NCBI RefSeq assembly: GCF_006345805.1
Contig: NW_021825382.1
Coordinates: 1-15,675, forward strand
Source of the DNA: Octopus sinensis
Lineage: Eukaryota
Length of the DNA: 15,675 bases
Direction: 5' to 3'
The translations under genes and the position numbers were made by a program. The notes under the pieces are model-generated. The model was not told the origin of the DNA, made no database searches, and saw only the letters and a program-made list of their open reading frames with translations. Shown here piece by piece: positions 9,956-15,675 of the stretch; position 1 is the stretch's first letter; every line of letters begins with the position of its first letter.

Positions 9956-10407
9956 AATTAATGACAAGCGCGCACATTTCATGAAAATATTGTAACAGTA
10001 ACGCTCAATACTCTTGTGTAGTTATTGTCCATTTACTGTAGAATCGTTTTTGTTGGCTGGCAATTTTGAATTTACTCTAATTCACACTAATTTCTTGTCA
10101 AATATCGATACAAAAATTGGTATTCATCAAACACGTTTCACTTTAAATATTCCGACTTTATCAAAATATTATAACTGAATTTTTATTGCACTTTATCAAT
10201 TTCGTTTAGTATTTAATGAAACATTAAATTTCTTCAAATATTTCTTATTAAAAGCGGTAATGGCACAAAAGAACGCAAGTATTAGTTTTCATATCAAGTG
10301 ATTTTTTTTATTCCTTATACTTATGAATTTTATTTTAGAAATTTTCCATGACAAGATCAGATAAGTTATCAACGGTTCCATGAATTCAGTAATGTAAGAC
10401 GTTTATT

Positions 10408-11022
10408 GAGAAGGGGCAGCTGAAAAATTCCTGGCTTAGGGTAAAAGAAAATACAAGAGGATCAGTTAATTTATGATTTTATTCAAAATATTCTCCTCCC
10501 AGATTCACATACTTATTGCAGCCATCCTTCAGTTTTTCTATGTCCTGTAAAAGAACTCGGAAATTTGGGCTTACAACCAAGCCTTTCCCGATTTTTTGGA
10601 AGCACTCCGTCGGTTACGACGATGAGGGTTCCGGTTGATCCGAATCAACAGAACAGCCTGCTCGTGAAATTAACGTGTAAGTGGCTGAGCACTCCACAGA
10701 CACGTGCACCCTTAACGCAGTTCTCGGGGATATTCAGCGTGACACAGAGAGTGACAAGGCTGGCCCCTTGAAATACAGGTACAACAGAAACAGGAAGTAA
10801 GAGAAAGTTGTGGTGAAAGAGTACAGCAGGGATCACCACCATCCCCTGCCGGAGCCTCGTGGAGCTTTAGGTGTTTTCGCTCAATAAACACTCACAACGC
10901 CCGGTCTAGGAATCGAAACCGCGATCCTATGACCGGGAGTCCGCTGCCCTAACCACTGGGCCATTGCGCCTCCACTCCTTTCCCGATAACGCTAAAGCCA
11001 AGAACTTTTCAACACACCTTTC
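10408..11022 (-). mobile_element. Non-autonomous mariner deletion derivative (MITE-like, ~220 bp without the SINE), interrupted by a SINE
   Basis: Imperfect TIRs: GAAGGGGCAGCTGAAAAATTCCTGGCTTAG (10410) vs the reverse complement of 10992-11022, GAAAGGTGTGTTGAAAAGTTCTTGGCTTTAG. The minus strand encodes a mariner transposase C-terminus, IEKLKDGCNKYVNLGGEYFE* (~10479-10541). Confidence 0.8.
10593..10976 (-). mobile_element. Full-length young tRNA-derived SINE
   Basis: Minus-strand head GGAGGCGCAATGGCCCAGTGGTTAGGGCAG (A-box TGGCCCAGTGG), B-box GGTTTCGATTCC, a short A tail, and a perfect 11-bp TSD CCTTTCCCGAT at 10582-10592 and 10977-10987. Confidence 0.93.
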
Positions 11023-11169
11023 CCTACTCCAGATTTCTGACAACATAGCTACAAATGTCCTTCTGCTTTTCAGTCCAGTAACATAGCCATAGCTGATAAC
11101 ATATAATGTAAGACTTTCGAGGTAACGCAGACCAGCAACTGATCCTGAAGTTGCAGGACCGGTAGGGGT

Positions 11170-11745
11170 TGGAATTGGGATGGGGTTGGGTTTTGTGGGC
11201 ACGCGGGGTGACTGAGAAGGCCAGACCGCATCCGTCGGAAGTGTGAACAGTGAATGGTAGTAGTGGTTGAGCATTTGATGACGCTGGTTTTCCTAGTATA
11301 CGGAGTTGCTCAGCTGCAGTGGTCATATTGGCTTCGCAGGTTTGAATGCCTTCACGGACAGCTGATCGTAACTTGCCCCTGTCCTGCGCTATTTGTTCCC
11401 ATGTCACATGGATGATTGTGAAAGCTTTCAGATAAGCTTTTAAGACTTCTTGGAAGCACAATTTTCACACACTCACACCACACACACACACACACACACA
11501 CACCACCCGTGGAAGTGCTTGCCTTGCTGTAGTTCGCTATACAGTAGTTTCTTTGGGAATCGGTGGTCTCGCATGCGAATTATAGAACCTGTCCAGCGAA
11601 GCTATGACTGCATCATGTTGGTGTAGATGCAAGGGAGACTAACACGAGTTAGTACCTCGACGCCAATAATCTTTCACTTTATGCCAAGAAGGTTTCTAAG
11701 GCAGAATCTGAGTTAATGGTTCAGTCTCCTAGCCGATAACATTGC
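11170..11745 (-). mobile_element. RTE-clade LINE 3' fragment (C-terminal end of ORF)
   Basis: CLRNLLGIK*...EVLTRVSLPCIY...LRWTGSIIRMRDHRFPKKLLYSELQQGK, then FQEVLKAYLKAF...TWEQIAQDRGKLRSAVREG and a decayed terminal Zn-finger-like HCSH...GLLSH. Confidence 0.85.
11466..11502. repeat. (CA)n microsatellite inside the RTE fragment
   Basis: Directly visible; splits the RTE reading frame. Confidence 0.95.
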
Positions 11746-12029
11746 GTAGAGATGCGCTTTTACTTAGCAACTTTTCGACCATTATGCAGTCCTGCAGGAT
11801 TTGTATCCCTGTTAATCAGGAAATAGCTTCCGGATATCTCGTTTGCAGCTTTCATGAAGCGACGTACCTCATATATACACACCTAAAACATGTAGAAATG
11901 CATATATGTTTTTTTTAGATGTATTTGTCATTTCATACAATTCAAACCGGTCACTAATACAATGGTAAGCTTTGCCTTTGTTTAAGTCAAAACATTTTAA
12001 AGAATTATCCCAAGATTTGTGTGTTAATT

Positions 12030-12109
12030 CGTGTGTGTGTGTGTGTGTGTGCGTGTGTGTGAGTGTGTGTGTGTGTGTTTGCGTCTGTGTCTGTATGCAT
12101 GTATGTATG

Positions 12110-12182
<73 letters not shown>

Positions 12183-12185
12183 ATT
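12030..12185. repeat. (GT)n/(TA)n microsatellite
   Basis: Directly visible. Confidence 0.95.
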
Positions 12186-12533
12186 ATGGAGATGTTTCCC
12201 TGGAAATGTGTAGAGCAAGAATTATCAAACTTCTGTCTGACCAGCTAACTAGAATCTTTCGTAATTTATCGATGACCTAGTTTCAAAATTGAAATTAATA
12301 AAAAAAATAATTAATATATTTAATAAAAAAAATTCTTATTGTAAAAGCAATAATTTCTTCGTTTTTTTTCAAATCATCACTTTTAAAAAAGAAATATTGT
12401 ATTTCAGATGTAACTCTTTTAATTAAAATTTATTCATGTTGATAACCATCGACGAAAAATCCAGCACACGTGATTGTTTCAGGTGTTTAATCCACTCCTT
12501 GATAATCCATATAAGCCCTCAGGCGTCAATATT

Positions 12534-13117
12534 CTTTTCTACTCTGGGCACATGGCCCGAAATTTTTTTGGGGGGAGGGGCCACTCGATTAGATCGACCC
12601 CAGTACGCAAATGGTGCTTTGTTTATCGATCCCTAAAGGATGAAAGTCAAAGTCGATCTCGGTGGAATTTGAAGTCAGAACGTAAAGGTAGACAAAATAC
12701 CTATTTCTTTACTACCCACAAGGGGCTAAACACAGAGGGGACAAACAAGGACAGACACACAGATTAAGTCGATTACATCGACCCCAGTGCGTAACTGGTA
12801 CTTATTTAATCGACCCCGAAAGGATGAAAGGCAAAGTCGATCTCGGTGGAATTTGAAGTCAGAACGTAAAGATAGACAAAATACCTATTTCTTTATTACC
12901 CACAAGGGGCTAAACACAGAGCGGACAAACAAGGACAGTCATAGGTATTAAGTCGATTACATCGACCCCAGTGCGCAACTGGTACTTAATTTATCGACCC
13001 CGAAAGGATGAAAGGCAAAGTCAACCTCGGCGGAATTTGAACTCACAACGTAACGCAGACGAAATACCGCTATGCATCTTGCCCGGCGTACTAACGTTTC
13101 TGCCAGCTCAACGCCTT
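12534..13117 (-). mobile_element. Trimeric copy of the same SINE family as 9044-9955 (head plus 3 units; boundaries ~13069, 12885, 12701)
   Basis: Same head, core and terminal tail as the pentamer. 17-bp TSD with 2 mismatches: CCTCAGGCGTCAATATT (12517-12533) / CCTCAAGCGGCAATATT (13118-13134). Confidence 0.92.
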
Positions 13118-13461
13118 CCTCAAGCGGCAATATTGACCACTTTACTGACCCTCATGTGCAGGACATGTGATTATTTAATATGCGTGTACGTGTATATGCT
13201 TGTGTGTGCGTGTGTGTGCATATGTGTGCGTCCGCTGTGTGCACTTATGTGGCTTTTGGTATATGTTCGTTCTGGTTAACTCAAATGCGGAACTGTTGTA
13301 AAGTTCTCCAAGTGTTCAGATTATCATAAACTGATTTGATTTGATTTAGAGGGTGCGTTTCGGCTTCATTTATTCTTTCATGAAGAATCGCACACGCACG
13401 CATTCGGGAGCACGCATGCATACACACACATACAGTGACGCAGGTAAGCATGTTTAGGCTC

Positions 13462-14148
<687 letters not shown>

Positions 14149-14156
14149 GCATACAT

Positions 14157-14490
14157 CATTGACCCTATTATATCACTGACACCTTCACCTGCACTTCTAG
14201 CAACGTCATATACTGCATCTCCTGCTCTCTCTGTCCTCTATATATCAGTCAAACGGGACGCCGCTTGACTGACCGGTTCGCGGAACACCTCCAAGACATC
14301 TGACTCGGCAACGACACCGCAGGCAGTCTTGCGCTATTTCCGCTCTACTGGTCACTCTTTACAACACCTTGTGTTCGGATTGTTCTTGCACAGGGGCTAT
14401 CCGGACTACTGTCGTCACCGTGAGCAGCGATTAATCTTCTCTTCGCTCCTTTGCGCCCCATGGGCTCAACTCTACTCACCTCTTCATCTA
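14157..14490 (+). mobile_element. Penelope-like element fragment: GIY-YIG endonuclease domain (pseudogenised)
   Basis: The frame from 14166 reads [45 protein letters not shown] (VIY...YIG-like motif, CxxC, catalytic-region R and EH). After frameshifts it continues YFRSTGHSLQHL...RHREQRLIF...APHGLN. The N-terminal half is missing from the ORF track. Confidence 0.88.
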
Positions 14491-14749
14491 ACCCTCCTCT
14501 CACACCTACTTCCTCCCAACCACATCTCTTTTGCTCTGGCACCTACCTCCTCTCCTCACTCCTACCCACCTTCTCCCTTTCAACCTCTCATTTCATCGTC
14601 ACCCCCACCCTCGTTACCCACCCCTACACATTTCAACTCCACCATTCCTGCACATCCCATTCCACCCCACCCCATCCCTTAGACCCCATCCTTGCTTCCC
14701 CCAGTCTCGCCTCCCTAACACCCCAACAACACCACACCACACACCACCA

Positions 14750-15330
14750 ACAGAGATACAGATGAACCGGAATATAGGAGAGTGCAGAATGTGGAGTTGC
14801 AGTGGAGAGAAGAATCACAACGGTGAGGAGGAGGAGAAAGAAGGAAAAAGCACAGACGAAAACAACAACAAAAAAACAGAGAGAAACATAACGGGAAAGG
14901 ATGAAAAAAGGTAAGTAGGAAAATGTAGAAAAATTACGAAGGGAAAAAAATGAACGTTATAAATCGTAATAATGAAAAATTGATGAACAAACAATTACAT
15001 CGTAAAACAAAAAGAAAAGAGAAAGGAAAATTGTAATTCGTAAAAGGTCATATACGAACTGTAGAACAAAAAAATGAAAGAAAAGGACACAGTTTCGCAT
15101 TGTAGCAAATGTTTTTTGTTAAGTTTTTTTTGTAAGTTTAAGAAAGTATGTTCTATGTAGAGATAATCACAGTTCGTCTCGCAGCGGGGGCGAGGTGGCT
15201 GTCTCATTTACATCCTGTTTATATTCATTTCATTTTCATTTTTTTCATTCGTTTTTTGTGTCCCCGCATATATTTTGTATTGTCCCCTCTATATATAATC
15301 AGGCCATTGTGCCAATAATAAAGAAATAAG
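14750..15330 (+). mobile_element. Probable 3' end/UTR of an unclassified non-LTR retroelement
   Basis: A-rich then T-rich tract ending TTGTCCCCTCTA...GCCATTGTGCCAATAATAAAGAAATAAG, which resembles the SINE unit tail. No recognisable protein; the 5' boundary is uncertain. Confidence 0.45.
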
Positions 15331-15395
15331 GCCAAGCTACTCCAGACTGATGACAAGCAAAGACTCAGAAACTAGTCTCTGGGTGCAGGCTTAGC
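15331..15395 (+). ncRNA. Type I hammerhead ribozyme motif (minimal, Penelope-type); stem II apparently degenerate
   Basis: CCAGA(15342-46)-CTGATGA(15347-53)-14 nt-GAAAC(15368-72)-TA-GTC(15375-77)-TCTGG(15378-82). Stem I pairs perfectly and extends via AAGC/GCTT; stem III is the palindrome ACTAGT. Confidence 0.75.
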
Positions 15396-15491
15396 TGGGT
15401 GGAGGTGCTTATTTCCCCCATTCAAAGATAATGACACAGGAAATGTCAAGTCCGACAGGAAGCGTTGCTGCTTCCTAGGACTAAATAGCAG

Positions 15492-15527
15492 TATGTATAT
15501 ATATATCTATATATATATATATATATA
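15492..15527. repeat. (TA)n microsatellite
   Basis: Directly visible. Confidence 0.95.
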
Positions 15528-15556
15528 CGAGAAAGAAGCAACAAGAATGGATTAGT

Positions 15557-15647
15557 TTTTAGTACAATTGTTTCATACAAAGACAGGCTTTATTACAAGT
15601 TGCAAAAATTGCAGCAGATAAAAGTGTCCCGTACTCATCAGCTAAAA
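15557..15647 (-). ncRNA. Type I hammerhead ribozyme motif with long stem II
   Basis: Minus strand: TTTTAG-CTGATGA-GTACGGGAC...GTCTTTGTAT-GAAAC-AATT-GTA-CTAAAA. Stem I is TTTTAG/CTAAAA, stem III is the palindrome ACAATTGT, and the cleavage triplet is GUA. Confidence 0.82.
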
Positions 15648-15675
15648 TACATATGAGTTCTCCATACATCTTAGT

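Noticed and set aside
10930-10976. tRNA gene on the minus strand
   Set aside because: It is the tRNA-derived head of a TSD-flanked SINE, with related copies elsewhere in the window.
14451-14914. Pro/His-rich and Glu/Lys-rich ORFs
   Set aside because: Low-complexity C-rich and A-rich tracts downstream of the Penelope fragment, with no domain signature.

Overview
Eukaryotic, AT-rich, gene-poor window made almost entirely of transposable-element relics and microsatellites. The SINE families and repeat landscape resemble what I recall from octopus genomes; this is not checked. No intact host gene is supportable, and most listed ORFs are microsatellite or antisense artefacts. Contents: two decayed R4/Dong-like RLE LINEs joined head-to-tail (630-3097), a Tx1/L1-like LINE fragment (4205-5370), at least three tRNA-derived SINE families (including two TSD-flanked multimeric copies), a mariner deletion derivative interrupted by a SINE, an RTE LINE fragment, and a Penelope-like GIY-YIG fragment. 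The most notable signals are two convergent type I hammerhead ribozyme motifs near the right end (15331-15395 +, 15557-15647 -), a putative 70-nt intron that would fuse Tx1 ORF1 to ORF2 in frame, modular multimeric SINEs that share a 3' tail with another retroelement, and a pre-miRNA-like hairpin at 8756-8823. All translations, alignments and folds were done by eye, and boundaries are approximate unless a TSD is given.
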